Positions 26,646 to 40,378 of a DNA stretch of 64,000 bases are shown here, piece after piece. This stretch comes from Octopus vulgaris (taxonomy: Eukaryota), in NCBI GenBank assembly GCA_951406725.2, contig OX597823.1, forward strand, positions 112,282,001-112,346,000, in the 5' to 3' direction. Under the pieces are notes generated by a model. That model searched no databases. It saw only the letters and a program-made list of their open reading frames with translations, and was not told the DNA's origin. The translations under genes and the position numbers were made by a program. Numbering within the stretch: the first letter of the stretch is position 1; the number at the start of each line of letters is the position of its first letter.

Positions 26646-27054
26646 TATACATATATAAATATATATACATATATATATATGTATTATATATATATGTATG
26701 TATGTTTATATATATATACATACACATATGTATAGCTGTATATGCAAACATATATCCACATATATATATACATATATTTATGTGCATATAAAAATTTCAG
26801 GATTCTAGTGAATCAGTTCCTTAAATAGTAAAGCATCTTGGTCAGGTCAGTGAAATCACTATCATGTACAAACAATGTTTGAGGGCAAATATATACTTAC
26901 AAAGTAAACTCAGATTTATACTCTGGATCTGTTTATAATCACAAATGCTCAATTGAATATATGAGTCTCAAGGTTACTGGATTCAATAGACTCCAGATCC
27001 AGGCAAAATGCAAGTTCTGAGTAAGGTGAATGATAAACAACAGAAGGGTTATGG

Positions 27055-27141
27055 TTTACTACAGCTGTTTCAAGCGTGTTTTTTTTTTATAAATAGAAGT
27101 ATTACATCGTGCAAAAAAACAAAACCTTTTCATCAGGTGAA
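27055..27141 (-). ncRNA. Type-I hammerhead motif, partly decayed
   Basis: UUCAC-CUGAUGA..CUU-GAAAC-AGCU-GUA-GUAAA; palindromic AGCU loop; stem II imperfect. Confidence 0.6.
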
Positions 27142-27982
27142 TATATGTAAGAATTACACATATTTGAAATTTCAGTAACAAGTCAAAAATGTCATTTTTG
27201 ACTCTACAGCCCAAAATTCAGTTCGTCAGTAGGGCATTGCACTCACAATCACAAGATTATGATTTCAATTCCCAGACAAGGTGGTACATTGAATCCTTAA
27301 GCAAAGCATTTCATTTCACATTGCTTTGCAATCACGTTGACATCTGATGTGTGGTACACCATACACCTGTTCAGACAACATCAATTTGATGGATGGAGTG
27401 AGCTAAAGTACAGCACATGCATTTGATTGCTATAAGCAAATCATTTGTGCTAGTTGTTCACAAGAAACTGTAGAAGCATCTTTCTCAGGCCCTGAGAGAC
27501 AACCATCGTGTGTGTGTGTGTGTGTGTGTTTGGTGATGCAATCAGGAAAATGGAACTCAGTTGACTCAAGGGCCTAGAATTTTGTGTTGGCACTCATCAA
27601 AGTTTGGTATGTGCCAATGTGCGTGTGAGTGTATATGTGTGCTTATGTGTATGTGTGTATGTCTGTGTGTGTATATGTGAGTGTATGTATGTGTATATGT
27701 GTGCGTATGTATGTGTGTGTATGTATGTTTATGTGTGTGTGTGTAGGTGGATTGATAGATAGATAGATAGATAGAAGAGAGAGAGAGAGAGAGTCTCTTC
27801 CATTACTCCTCCTCCTTCTATCATTTCCTCCAATTCTAATTTGATTTATTGATTGATTTATATGTGTTTTTCTGTTGTTTGTGGGTCTTGTCTTTGAACA
27901 AACTTGCAACTAAAGACTAACAACAACAACAACAACAAAATCAACAAACAACAATAACAATAGCAGAGAAACCAGCTACCAT

Positions 27983-29260
27983 CTTAAACACCATCACCAC
28001 CATCACCACCACCACCACCACCACCACCACCACCACCACCACCACCACCACCACAACCATCACCACAACCACCACCATCACCACCACCACCACTGGCCCC
28101 CACCGCTGCAGCGGTCTTCCCCTCCTCCACCATCATCATCATTATCACCACCACCTCTACAACTATTAAGGATCTTCAAAAGGAAAAGTAAGTAATCTTT
28201 GAAAAAGAAAGCACCATTTCTTTAACGAAATTGCATTAATTGGGGGAAAGCTACATTAGTTTAGTCTGTGATTTCTTGCATCAGAATAGCCTAAAATTTA
28301 GGTCAAACTATCCTAAACTAAAAGAACCATATGCAGAGAACATGAAGAAGTAGTTGAACCGAAATGGCCAGTAAGAGTGAAAATGCATGTTATTGGGACA
28401 GCAGAATAACGTTCCGCTTGATTGATTAGTTATCTGCATGGCAGGAATCGATTGTAAATGAGTTCACCTGGTTCGTTTATTGCTGCCATCACAAACAGAA
28501 GGTATAATGCAACAACAACAGTAATAGAGTTTCTAATTTCATGATCAAGGTGAGTGAAAACTCTCACCTTTATCAGGTGATCATCAGCATCATCCACTGC
28601 TACCGCTGCCACCACTACCACCATCCCCATCACTATGAACAAGAACGACAGCAACAACTATGGTTAATACTACAAGCACCAATGCTAACCACGATCATCA
28701 CATACACTGCCACCATTACCACCACCACCACCACCACCACCACCACCACCACCACCATGCACCACCACCGCCATCAACATCGCTGACACCAACCATCACC
28801 ACTGTCACTGCCACCACCACCACCACTACTGTCACCAGAACCACCACTATCACCACTACTAACACCACTGTCACCATCACTACCACCACCACCACCACCA
28901 CCACCGCAAAAACTGCTGCTGCCACCGCCACCACTGCTGACACCACTACCATCACTATCACCACTGCCACAACCACCACCACCACCACCACCATCATCAC
29001 CATCACCACCACCACCATTACTACCATCACCACCACACCACCATCACTACCATCACCACCACCACCACTATCACCAATACCAGCATGGCCACCACCACCA
29101 CCCATCGTCACCATCACCACCACCACCACCACCACCATGACCATCATCACCACCATCACCAATACCAACATGACCACCGCCACCACCATCACTAATACAA
29201 ACATGCCCACCAACAGCACCACCACCAATACCAACATGACCACCACCACCACCACCTGTA
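27983..29260. repeat. (CAC)n-rich low-complexity blocks (27983-28150, 28600-29260)
   Basis: Direct reading; source of the Thr/His/Val-rich pseudo-ORFs. Confidence 0.9.
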
Positions 29261-29448
29261 CCATCACCTCTCCTGTCACTACAACACAACCTGTTTGGTC
29301 TTTTCCCCAACCAAGTCAGCTGGGAGTTGTTTCTAGCAGATTTCTCTGTTTAATTCTGATAGGTCGAATGATCATATGGCAGGAGCTTTGATGACACATC
29401 TACGACACACACAGAACTCCAAGACAAACTCTAAGCATTCCTCCAAGA

Positions 29449-29502
<54 letters not shown>

Positions 29503-30892
29503 AACATACACACAAACACACCTAAACATACACACAAACACACACCAACACACACCAACAAACACACACACAAACACACACACACCCACACACACAAACA
29601 CACAAACACACACAAATACAAACACACATCAACACACACAAACACACACACAAACACACACAAACACACACAAACACAAACACACACAAACATACACAAA
29701 CACACACATACCAACACACACACAAACACACACAAACATGCACACACACACAAACACACACACACACAGACACACACACACACATACACACACATACCAG
29801 CCTCATTAATATAAAACACTGAGTCCTGCGATACACAACACTTGAGATTAGTGCAGTGGTGCAGCCACCGTTGTTCACTGGCTGAGTTCACCTTGTCTGC
29901 TTCCATTGTAGTTACCCCCATGTAGGATATTTGATCATTCAACCTGCTAGAAAAAGTAGCTAAATCACCTTGAAACTACACTGTGTCATCTTAAAAATGG
30001 TAACATTGGATCATATGGTCCTGGTTCTCTTAAATTGGGAAGGTCAAGGTTGGAATGCCTGTTGATCATAGGTCTACTGGGTCTGAACAAACATGAGGTT
30101 CAAAACAGAAATGGTGATTATGACAAGAACAACAGACATACAGAGCCAAAAGGGGAGTCTCTTTGTAGTCAATGTATTTCCTAGAAATAATAGCAAATCT
30201 CCTTTAATTACATCTGTTTTGAAACAAGAGAGACATACAGGATAATGTATTCCTTGATACACAATGCCATGATCATGGTTGGAATGGATTTGGCTACAAG
30301 TCCTTTTTTATGAAAGATGCTGGAAAGATGGTGGTTAAGCAATAATAATAACAACAACATCAAACATAGAAAAGGAGAGATTCTAGATGTGGTTGATAAG
30401 CTAGAAAGAGCAACGTAACTTCCATCGAATCACTCCATGGTGTCTTTGAAATCATTGGATAATGTGGTACTGGCTACATGTGGCCAAAAAACCAAACAAT
30501 GTGATGGTCACAAATGGAGTACCTTTTATTATAGGCTTGCTCTGTCTTGGATCACTTGGAACTAAACATCAATCAATGCTGTCAGATTTATGTGCGACAC
30601 TGCCTTAATATAACACCAACAAAACCAACTACTAACTAATATTGTCACCACCACTACCACCACCACCACTACTACCACCACCACCACTACCATTGACAAG
30701 ACCAACAGCATCTTCTCTATGATGTACAATACAAACAACAGATGAGATTCCACAACACCAAATGTACATTCACAAGAGCATTAATGATATGTTTTTCTAT
30801 TTGCTAATCTAAGCACAAGACCAGAAATTTTGGGTAGAGGGAGCTTATCAATACCATTAGCCACAGTACTTGATTGGTACTTTTGTTTTATG

Positions 30893-31203
30893 TGGAGGTA
30901 CACGGCCTAGTGGTTAGAGCAGCGGACTCGCGGTTGAGGGAACGCGGGTTCGAATCTCAGACCAGACAATGTGTGTGTTTATGAGCGAAACATCTAAGCT
31001 CCATGTGGCTCTGGCAGAAGATAATGGCGAAACTTCTGCTGACTCTTTCGCCACAACTTTTTCTCACTCTTTCCTCCTGCATCTTGCAGCTCACCTGCGA
31101 TGGACCAGCGTCCCATCCAGGTGGGGAACCTATACGCCAAGAAACCAGGAAACCAGCCCTTATGAGCCAAGCATGGCTTGAGAAGGAACAAACAAACAAA
31201 CAA
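30893..31203 (+). mobile_element. tRNA-SINE family B with (CAAA)n tail
   Basis: A box GGCCTAGTGG, B box GGTTCGAATC; body related to 44290-44535. Confidence 0.75.
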
Positions 31204-31922
31204 ACTTTTGTTTTATCCACCCAGGAGGATTGAAGTGGCCTTGACAGGATTTGAACTCAGAACATAAAGTGCTAAAGAAAATACCACAAGGAGTGTCATG
31301 AAAAGTTTTTAGGAAGAAATGAAGAGATATTCCCCATGGATTAGTGTTAGACATGGGTGAAATATATACTTTGTGTGAGTATTGTTTTCTATTTCCTAAA
31401 GAAACATGACCGACCAAGTCATCAAAATAAATTTGCGCTCATGAGAGCAGTGTCTGTAAATTTTGCTTTTCAATTTCTGGAAAGCACTTAAGATCATTTG
31501 AATTTTTTTAGAATGATTGTCTTTTCCACCAAGCAGAATCTGCACTTCCATTAAGATTAGGCCAGGATCGTTCCAGCAGCGTCCATATTATATAGTACTG
31601 CATCCTCTTTAATCACTAAATTTATGACATTACATCTTTCTTTGATCATAAAAGAGGATCTGAACTTAAAGGAGTTTCGGTTGCCCTGATGTATTTCCGT
31701 ATATGTGTCCTCCCATTGATGTTATTCAATGCTACTTCTGGATCTGTGCTGATCACTCATTGCAAACCCTTGATGAGCATCTTACCTTTGCTTGCAATTT
31801 CGGGCTACTAGTCAGTAATATATTGTTTGATGGTCTAAGAATATACTTTCTTTATTACTTATATTGAGTATGGTTTTGTTTCTGACTTATTGACAACTAA
31901 ATGATAACTAACATACATATAC

Positions 31923-32320
31923 TCTTTTACTCTTTTACTTGTTTCAGTCATTTGACTATGGCCATGCTGGAGCACCGCCTTTAGTCGAGCAAATCGACCC
32001 CAGAACTTATTCTTTGTAAGCCTAGTACTTATTCTATCGGTCTCTTTTGCTGAACCGCTAAGCTACGGGGACGTAAACACACGAACATCGGTTGTCAAGT
32101 GATGCTATGGGGTCAAACACAGACATACAAACATACACACACACATACATATATATATATATACACATATATACGATGAGCTTTCTTTCAGTTTCCGTCT
32201 ACCAAATCCACTCACAAGGCTTTGGTCGGCCTGAGGCTATAGTAGAAGACACTTGCCCAATGTGCCACGCAGTGGGACTGAACCCAAAACCATGTGGTTA
32301 GTAAGCAAGCTACTTACCAC
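31923..32320 (-). mobile_element. tRNA-SINE family A
   Basis: Family homology. Confidence 0.8.
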
Positions 32321-33053
32321 TATTCTTTCATCAGTTTCAGAATTTGTTGCCATACTAGACCACTACCGTTATTTACGTGCACATTTATGTATATATATAA
32401 ACACTTAAAGCAAGTACCCTCAAGCTGCACTTCTCCAATCTACAGGTGCATTCTCAGAGCAGGCCTGTTTACTCAAACCACACTAATCACTCTCATCCAT
32501 TTTTCAACAACATTGCTGGTGGGGCAACACATCCCTCCCCAGCTTAATTTCTCTATTCAAGTGAAACATGAAAATATTGATGAGAAGTTGGCCAAATAGG
32601 GAGGTGTCTGTCTTCATCCATTTCAGTTTCATTTACCGTACAACCTCTTTCATTAGGGCCACCAAACAGATAAGAGCTACCTGCACTTTCCTGTCAAAGA
32701 AGGGCAATGGGACAATCTTCACAATGAATTCAGGTTATAGCCAGTTCTGTTCTTTATGTGAAAGCAGCTTTTTAACATAACTACACTGGATGCTTGGAAA
32801 CTGGATGAGTGCATACAGAACGGTTTTGGTGTCCTCAGAAAACAAAGCTGACACTGTTTCTACCTCTGTACTTATTTTTATTTGGCAAAGTACTGTAGTG
32901 CTGGTATTTATTTTTGTTTCTTAAACTACTGTAGTCACGGTACTATAGTCATAGTACTGTTAAAGTACTGTAGTCACAGAGAGTAACTTTTTGCACTGAT
33001 GTCCATAGTTCATTAATTCTTTGTTGTTTGTGTCTATGACCCTGTAGTATATG

Positions 33054-33120
33054 GGAATCGAAACCGCGTTCGTACGACCACATGTCCGCTGCCCTAACCA
33101 TTGGGCCATTACGCCTCCAC
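33054..33120 (-). mobile_element. Isolated tRNA-like SINE head (tailless) between 33-bp direct repeats
   Basis: GGAGGCGTAATGGCCCAATGGTTAGGGCAGCGGAC...GGTTTCGATTCC resembles the head at 30893; repeats at 33021-33053 and 33127-33159. Confidence 0.7.
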
Positions 33121-33192
33121 TTGTTATTGTTGTTTGTGTCTATGACCCTGCAGTATATGATGTTTCAGTGTAGTTATTAACCTTGTAGTTGG

Positions 33193-33843
33193 CTGACTAG
33201 TACCCCTAAATTGCAAGCAAAGGTAAGATGCTCATCTAGGGTTTGCAATGAGTGATCAGCACAGATGCAGAAGTAGCATTGAATGACATCAATGGGAGGA
33301 CACATATACGGAAATACATCAGGGCAACTGAGAGTCCATTGGGCTCGGATTGTGTTTGTTGGGGGTGTTTGCAGTATTGACGTTTTCTATGGTGGTGATG
33401 TTGATGGTGGTGACGGCGGTTGATGTTGGTCCAGTTGTTAAGCCTGATAGGAGACTGAACAGTGTAGGCTGTCTGCAATTAGTAAATGAAAATACTCTGC
33501 CATATTCAAATAATCAGACACCACTGGGATCTATTTTCCCGCAGGGCGATTGCTATGCTCATAAGGTTAGGAAAGTTTTGCAATACTTTGAGTGCAATAA
33601 CAACATGGTGGTTATGGAGTGGCTTCCACAGAGTCCAGATTTGGATCCGATAATTAAATTTATGGAATTACATTTTTAAAAGAGTTCATGCTAAAAACCC
33701 AACAAATTTGTTCCAATTATATAATTTTATTGAAGAAATATAGCGGAACATTCCAAGTGATTTTTGTGCTCATTTGTCAAATTCCATGTTCCACTGTGGT
33801 AAGGTCGTAATTGAAAATAATGGCTATGGAACTAGATACTAAT
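33193..33843 (+). pseudogene. Decayed Tc1-family transposase
   Basis: WLPQSPDLDPI, IFPQGD..AH, terminal VIENNGYGTRY* motif. Confidence 0.7.
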
Positions 33844-34184
33844 AAAAACTTTTTGTTCGATGATCATTTGTACCGTAAATTTTCAAATTAAACGAAATAA
33901 TGTTGGTACAGTCTTAAACTTATTTTGCTGTCAATTCTTAATCATTTGAATTAATTGCTCATTAAAATTATTCGAATTGTGGAAAGATATATAATGTCTA
34001 TATCATTCGAAAGAGATAAAAATTCCACATAAACTGTAAAAAGTAAAATAATTTTATACAATTTTGTTAAAAATGAATTAATGAAGGAACAGAACCGTCG
34101 TCATCAGTTTTAAACTGATTTTGGCCAGAATAGAAGCAGAAATTTTAATCATAAGTATAATGATAATAAAAAACAAAAATAAGC

Positions 34185-34251
34185 AGCAGCAATTGTAGTA
34201 GTGGTAGTAGTGGTAGCGGTAGTGGTAGTAGTAGCGGTAGTGGTAGTAGTG

Positions 34252-34306
<55 letters not shown>

Positions 34307-34310
34307 CAGC

Positions 34311-34342
<32 letters not shown>

Positions 34343-34478
34343 CAGTAGTAGTAGTAGTAGTAGCAGCAGCAGTAATCGCAGAAGTAGTGGCGGTGGTGGT
34401 GGTGGTGGCAGCGGTGTTGGTGGTGGTGGCAGTAGTGGTGGAGGCAACTGCGGCAGCAGCAGTAGCAGTTGTAGTAGT

Positions 34479-34548
<70 letters not shown>

Positions 34549-34560
34549 ACAACAACAACA
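34185..34560. repeat. (GTA)n/(GCA)n/(GTG)n compound trinucleotide array
   Basis: Direct reading. Confidence 0.95.
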
Positions 34561-35071
34561 TCTGTAACAAGTGAACGGTGCAGCAATGAAGAGCGTGGTG
34601 GCGGGGAAAGATGTTCCTCTGCAAATTGGCTGCTTACCAAAGCTAATTCTTGCTGAAGGCTTGTCAGAAGATCAGTTGAATTTATTGACACTTGGTCTGG
34701 CATTGCTATCGAATAGAAAGGCACCAGTGTGTGTTTTAATATGATTGACTTCTTGATGCAGATTACACTTATTTAGATTAACATGGAGAATATGTTTCCT
34801 GACTTACAGCTGTCTTTAGAGATAGTTTTGATATGTTTCCCTTTGTTTTTCTGTTTGATATTATGATTTCTCTGAGAAATAAGAAGTGAAAGATAAAGAA
34901 ATTGAGAAAAACGACGTATGAATACTATACACTATCCAATTATTGATAATCATCTTTAGATGAGTAAGTTAATTTCTGATGATAAAAACTGCTGATGTTT
35001 TAATTTCATTTTTAGGTTACTAGTTTACTCCACTCTCAAATATGCTGAGGAAGTTTAAGGAACTGCAATGA

Positions 35072-35127
35072 ATGAGGCACTGGTTTATTTATTGGTTGTT
35101 AGTTTGTATCACTTCAGCACAACTGTG
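35072..35127 (+). CDS. Candidate first coding exon of a host secreted/membrane protein (exon 35016-35127; MRHWFIYWLLVCITSAQL-)
   Basis: Strong acceptor TTTCATTTTTAG|G at 35015/16, strong donor TG|GTAAGT at 35127/28, hydrophobic signal-peptide-like translation, non-repetitive sequence. Confidence 0.45.
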
Positions 35128-35261
35128 GTAAGTATGTAGTAGGCTAGGTGTATGTAGTTTAGCAGAGGGAGGACCTTTTCACTCTACCATAGAAAGAACT
35201 AGTTCTCTATACCAGAGAAAGATCAGAGTGGGAAAATTTCAGGGAGCCACTATTCCTCACC

Positions 35262-36325
35262 ATCATCATCATCGTTTAACGTCCGCTTACCATGCTGGCA
35301 TGGGTTGGATGGTTTGACTGAGGACTGGCGAGCCAGATGGCTGCACCAGGCTCCAATCTGATCTGGCAGAGTTTCTACAGCTGGATGCCCTTCTTAATGC
35401 CAACCACTCCGAGAGTGTAGTGGGTGCTTTTACGTGCCACTGGCATGAGGGCCAGTCGGGTAGTACTGGCGATGGCCACACTCAAATGTTTTTTATGTGC
35501 CACCTGCACAGGAGCCAGTCTAGTGGCACTGGCAATGACCTCGCTTGAATGTTGTTTTTCATGAGTCACCAAAACAAGTGCCAGTAAGGCGATGCTGATA
35601 ATGATCACGCTCGAATGGTGCTTTTTATGTTCCACTAGCATGGGAGCCAGTCAGCAGCCCTGGCATCGATCATGCCTGTATGGTGCTTTCAACATTCCAC
35701 TGGCACGAGTGCCAGTCAGGCAGTGCTGTCATTTGATTTTGATTGTAATTTCACTTGCCTCAACAGATCTTCGCAAGCAACGCATAAGTAGGCTGGTTAC
35801 ACCGCTGGCATAGGCCATGGGTTATGGTCTCACTTGGCTTGTAGGGTCTTCTCAAGCACAGCATATTTCCAAAGGTCTCGGTCACTAGTCATTGCCTTGG
35901 TGAGGCCCAATGTTCGAAGGTTGTGCTTCACCACCTATCCTAGGTCTTTCTGGGTCTTCCTCTTCTACAAGTTCCCTCAACTGCTAGGGTGTGACACTTT
36001 TCACACAGCTGTCCTCATCCATTTGCACCACATGTCCATATCAACATAATCGTCTCTCTTGCACACCACATCTGATGCTTCTTAGGTTCAACTTTTCTCT
36101 CAAGGTGCTTACACTCTGTCATGTATGCACACCAACATTACATATCCAGTGGAGAATACTGGCTTCATTCCTTGCAAGCTTACACATGTCCTCAGCAGTA
36201 ACCGCCCATGTTTTACTGCCATGTAGCATGGCTATTCATACACATGCTTCTTACAGTCAACCTTTTACTCTGAGCGAGAGGCCCTTTGTCACCAGCAGAG
36301 GTAAGAGCGCTCTGAACTTTGTTGT
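35262..36325 (-). mobile_element. RTE-clade LINE 3' kilobase including a decayed ORF C-terminus
   Basis: Minus-strand LHGSKTWAVT, LARNEASILHWIC, RRLC.YGHVVQM and DRDLWK motifs typical of RTE ORF ends, followed by the family 3' UTR and (GAT)n. Confidence 0.85.
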
Positions 36326-37135
36326 TATTGGTAAAGAAAGAAAGTGATCCCCTCTCTCTCTCCCCATCTCTCTCTTTCTCTCTCCCCTCTCTCTTTCTTT
36401 CTCAGTAAAGTACAGATTATATAAAGCTTGTTTATGAAATATAATACTGTGTGGTAGTGCAACAGGAGACTTTATCATAAACAAAGGGATAAGGCTGAAA
36501 AGAAACAAGGTGAGCATGCTCTGCTGGGTGGACGATGCTGAGAAGAATGTTAGGCATTAGAACAAGCAGATGTAATGTGCTAGAGAGAAAACAGGACTTA
36601 TTGTATGCTCTATATGCAATATGTATGGAACCTAAAAGTTACATAAAGAAGTGATCCAAGGGGAGGGAATGTGCAGAAGAGGAAGACCAAGGAGGATATG
36701 AGAAGAAGGAGAAGAAGTTTGATACCAAAAGAAAGAAACTTATGAAAGAGATAACAATAGGCTATGTTAAGTGGTGGAACGCTGAGTGGAAAGGGATACA
36801 CCTACCACATGCAGGTATAGAATAGGGGACGTGAATATGGTTATACATCTGCATGAAAAGAACTAGGTGTAACTCACACGTAAACATACATATATACATG
36901 ATGCATATGTACATATATACATACATATATACATATATAATACAAACATACATGCACACACACACACACACATATACACACATACATATATACCCATATA
37001 CACACACATACATATATATGCATGCGTGTGTGTGTATATATGTATATACATATATATATATGTATACACACACACATATATATATATATATGTATATATA
37101 AATATATATACATGCATATACATATATATGCAAAT

Positions 37136-37170
<35 letters not shown>

Positions 37171-37229
37171 CATCTGTATGTATGTACACATGTGTAAATA
37201 TGTGTATATATCACTCTTGTACCCTTATG

Positions 37230-37601
37230 CGGTCATGTGGGAGAACTGCCTTTAGTCGAGCAAATTGACCCCAGGACTTATTCTTTGTAAGTCTAGTACT
37301 TATTCTATCAGTCTCGTTTGCTGAACCACTAAGTTACAGGGACGTAAACACACCAGCATCAGTTGTCAAGAGATGTTGGAGGGACAAACATAAACACACA
37401 CATATATACATACATATATACATACATATATATATATATACGACGGACTTCTTTCAGTTTCTGTCTACCAAATCCACTCACTAGGCATTGGTTAGCCTGA
37501 GGCTATAGTAGAGGATACTTATCCAAGGTTCCATGCAGTGGGACTGAACCCAGAACCATGTGATTGGTAAGCAAGCTTCTTACCACACAGCCACTCCTGC
37601 A

Positions 37602-37605
<4 letters not shown>
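37230..37605 (-). mobile_element. tRNA-SINE family A
   Basis: Family homology. Confidence 0.8.
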
Positions 37606-37665
<60 letters not shown>

Positions 37666-38054
37666 TACATGCACACACGTGTGTATGCATGTTTGTATGT
37701 ACATATACATGTATGTTTGTGTCTCCTTGCCTTGACATCATGTAATAGTTGTAAATGAGTGTGACTGTCAGGCTGTCTAACCCATGCTACCATGGAAAAC
37801 GGACGTTAAATGTTGATGAAGATTATGATAATGATGATGATGATTTCATACATGTATGTATGTATGCAGGTATATGAATTTGTGTGTATGCATGTGTGCG
37901 CACGCGACATTCCAATCAATAAACTCTTGTCACAGCTCCAAATATTTCAAAATTTTATGAATATTTATTTATTTTTTCTCTGACTCTTGAACAAAACTTA
38001 CTAAGACTAATTATAGTGTATGTTTGAGAAGTACTTTTGTATGTGCATATGTTC

Positions 38055-38090
<36 letters not shown>

Positions 38091-38199
38091 GTTTGCATAC
38101 ACATACATGCATATATTTATGTACATACACACTTACATATAACACAAACATGTATACAGCAATATATGTGTATATGTGGTTTTGTGTCTGGGATATATA

Positions 38200-38319
38200 T
38201 ATAGAGAGTGAAAGAGTGAGAGAGAGCGAGAGAGAGAGAGAGAGAGAGAGAGAGTGAGAGAGAGAGTGTGTGTGAGAGAGCGAGAGAGTGAGAGAGAGAG
38301 CGAGAGAGAGAGCGAGAGT

Positions 38320-38351
<32 letters not shown>

Positions 38352-38410
38352 CAGAGGAGAGAGAGAGTGTGAGAGAGAGAGAGAGAGATAGATAGAGAGA
38401 GAGAGAGAGA
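38200..38410. repeat. (GA)n purine tract
   Basis: Direct reading. Confidence 0.95.
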
Positions 38411-38713
38411 GGAAATATGTTCATAACCCTCTAGAATTTATATTAGCAACGTCCTATTTTCTCTGAGTTCTGCAAAGACTTTCAAAAAACCTAACCCAAC
38501 TGATGCAAGAGGAGATAACTCTCCTTTCACAAAACGCAAGATAGACTTCAATTAAGAAGCTAACACTGAATTATATCGCTCAATAAATTATATTCAGCAA
38601 TAATGCAGATATTTGTAGTATTTTCAGTTAATGAAATGAATTCATTTAAGCATAAAATAATTCTACGACATATTTTAAGCTAATAAAATATATATTTTAT
38701 CTCTTTTATTCAG

Positions 38714-38728
38714 GTTTTATATCCAAGG
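38714..38728 (+). CDS. Candidate 15-nt micro-exon (completes ..W-F-Y-I-Q-G)
   Basis: TTTTATCTCTTTTATTCAG|GTTTTATATCCAAGG|GTAAAT; frame-compatible with exon 35016-35127. Confidence 0.35.
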
Positions 38729-38980
38729 GTAAATAACTCTGTCGTTTTGATTCTATCTTTCTGGCCGTCGTCGTGGTAGTCGTGGTGTGCTGAGTGACTG
38801 TCCTGCTGGAATGATAAATGGCATAGAATATCTCGTATGGAACATACGCTTACTACATCAGTGTAGGTGAGGGTGAAACTAGGATTTCGACCGAGAATGT
38901 TTGTAGCTATTAAACGGAAAGAATGTTATCCGTCTAATTTGTGAACAAATATTAAGTTAATATGTTAGATATTTATTATA

Positions 38981-39372
38981 CTAGCAGTATCACCCGGCGT
39001 TGCTCGGGTTTGTTTCGACCCTTTAGAATTGGAAGTTTTGAAAAGTAAAAATTTGGAATTATGTACCTTGTTATTCCCTTTAAGTGAACATTTTTCTGGT
39101 TGAAATACACCGAAAATTGGCGACACAGCAGTAAAAAAATCGGAAAAAATAGGGATTTTCATAGAAAAAAAGCACCTTTTTGATGCAAATAATTTTTGGT
39201 GTTAACATGGTCCGATTTGAATTTTATCTTCTACGGAAGGAAGAGCAAGCCTTCTTCTATCATACTCTCAATTTTGGTCAACCTGTGCCACAGGGTTTCG
39301 GAGGAGATAGTGTTAGTTGAAGGCTGCCAGACCTGCCATACACAGACAACTTCAGCTTTATATATAGAGAGA
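38981..39372 (-). mobile_element. Non-autonomous Helitron, complete
   Basis: 5' TC; 3' hairpin CCCGAGCAACGCCGGG then CTAG|T; same family as 15097-15473. Confidence 0.8.
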
Positions 39373-39510
39373 GTTTTGCAAGTGTTGCGGGATGGGGGCT
39401 CATGTCTTGGCTACTCATGTAGCATGTATGTATATATGGACAAAATATTGTAAGAGATCAGTGTATCCCTCTGAGTGTCTGTGTGTATTTCTATGTGTGT
39501 ACGTATATGT

Positions 39511-39552
<42 letters not shown>

Positions 39553-39559
39553 TCTTTCA

Positions 39560-39975
39560 TTCTTTTACTTGTTTTAGTCATTTGATTTCGACCATGCTGG
39601 AGCATCACTTTGTAGGGTTTTTAGTCGAGCAAATGGACCCTGATACTTATTTTGTAAGCCTGGTACTTATTCTATTGGTCACATTTGCCAAACCGCTAAG
39701 TTACAGGGATGCAACTACACCACCACCAATAGTCAAACAGTGGTAGTGGGGGGGGGGGGCACAGAAACAAAAACAAGGTATGTGTGTGTGTATGTATATA
39801 TATATATATATATATACGACAGGCTTCTTTCAGTTTCCGTCTACTAAATCCACTCACAAGGGTTTGGTTGGCCTGAGTCTATAGTAGAAGAAACTTGCCC
39901 AAGATGCCATGCAGTGGGACTGAACATGGAACCATGTGGTTCAGAAGCAAGCTTCTTATCACACAGCCACGCCTA
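39560..39975 (-). mobile_element. tRNA-SINE family A
   Basis: Family homology. Confidence 0.75.
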
Positions 39976-40048
39976 GACCTATGCACACACACAGAAACAC
40001 GCGCACACACACACACACACACACACATATGCACAAATGCATACATAA

Positions 40049-40087
<39 letters not shown>

Positions 40088-40234
40088 CATATACATACAA
40101 ATATACATATATTCATACACATATACACACACATACATAAATGAGTATGTGTTTGTATAAATATATGTCTGTGTATGTGTAAGTACATATATATTATTTC
40201 TTTATTAAAGAAATAAAATAACTACATATAAAAT

Positions 40235-40378
40235 ATATTTCTTTATTGCCCACAAGGGGGCTAAACATAGAGGGGACAAACAAGGACAGACAAAGGGATT
40301 AAGTCGATTACATCGACCCCAGTACGAAACTGGTACTTTATCTATCGACCCCGAAAGGATGAAAGGCAAAGTCGACCT
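40235..40378 (-). mobile_element. SINE family C 3' half
   Basis: Reverse complement of the 53620-53757 segment. Confidence 0.75.

Noticed and set aside
28660-29391. 243-aa Thr-rich mucin-like ORF
   Set aside because: Degenerate (CAC)n repeat open in several frames on both strands; no signal peptide, domain or clear splice context.
30893-30965. Possible tRNA genes (also 40890-40963, 44290-44360)
   Set aside because: A/B boxes continue into multicopy SINE bodies; no proper cloverleaf or acceptor stem.
34145-34724. Poly-L/T/V ORFs
   Set aside because: (GTA)n/(GCA)n microsatellite.
38714-38866. Longer exon ending at AG|GTGAGG
   Set aside because: Stops in all three frames; only the 15-nt micro-exon reading stays coding.
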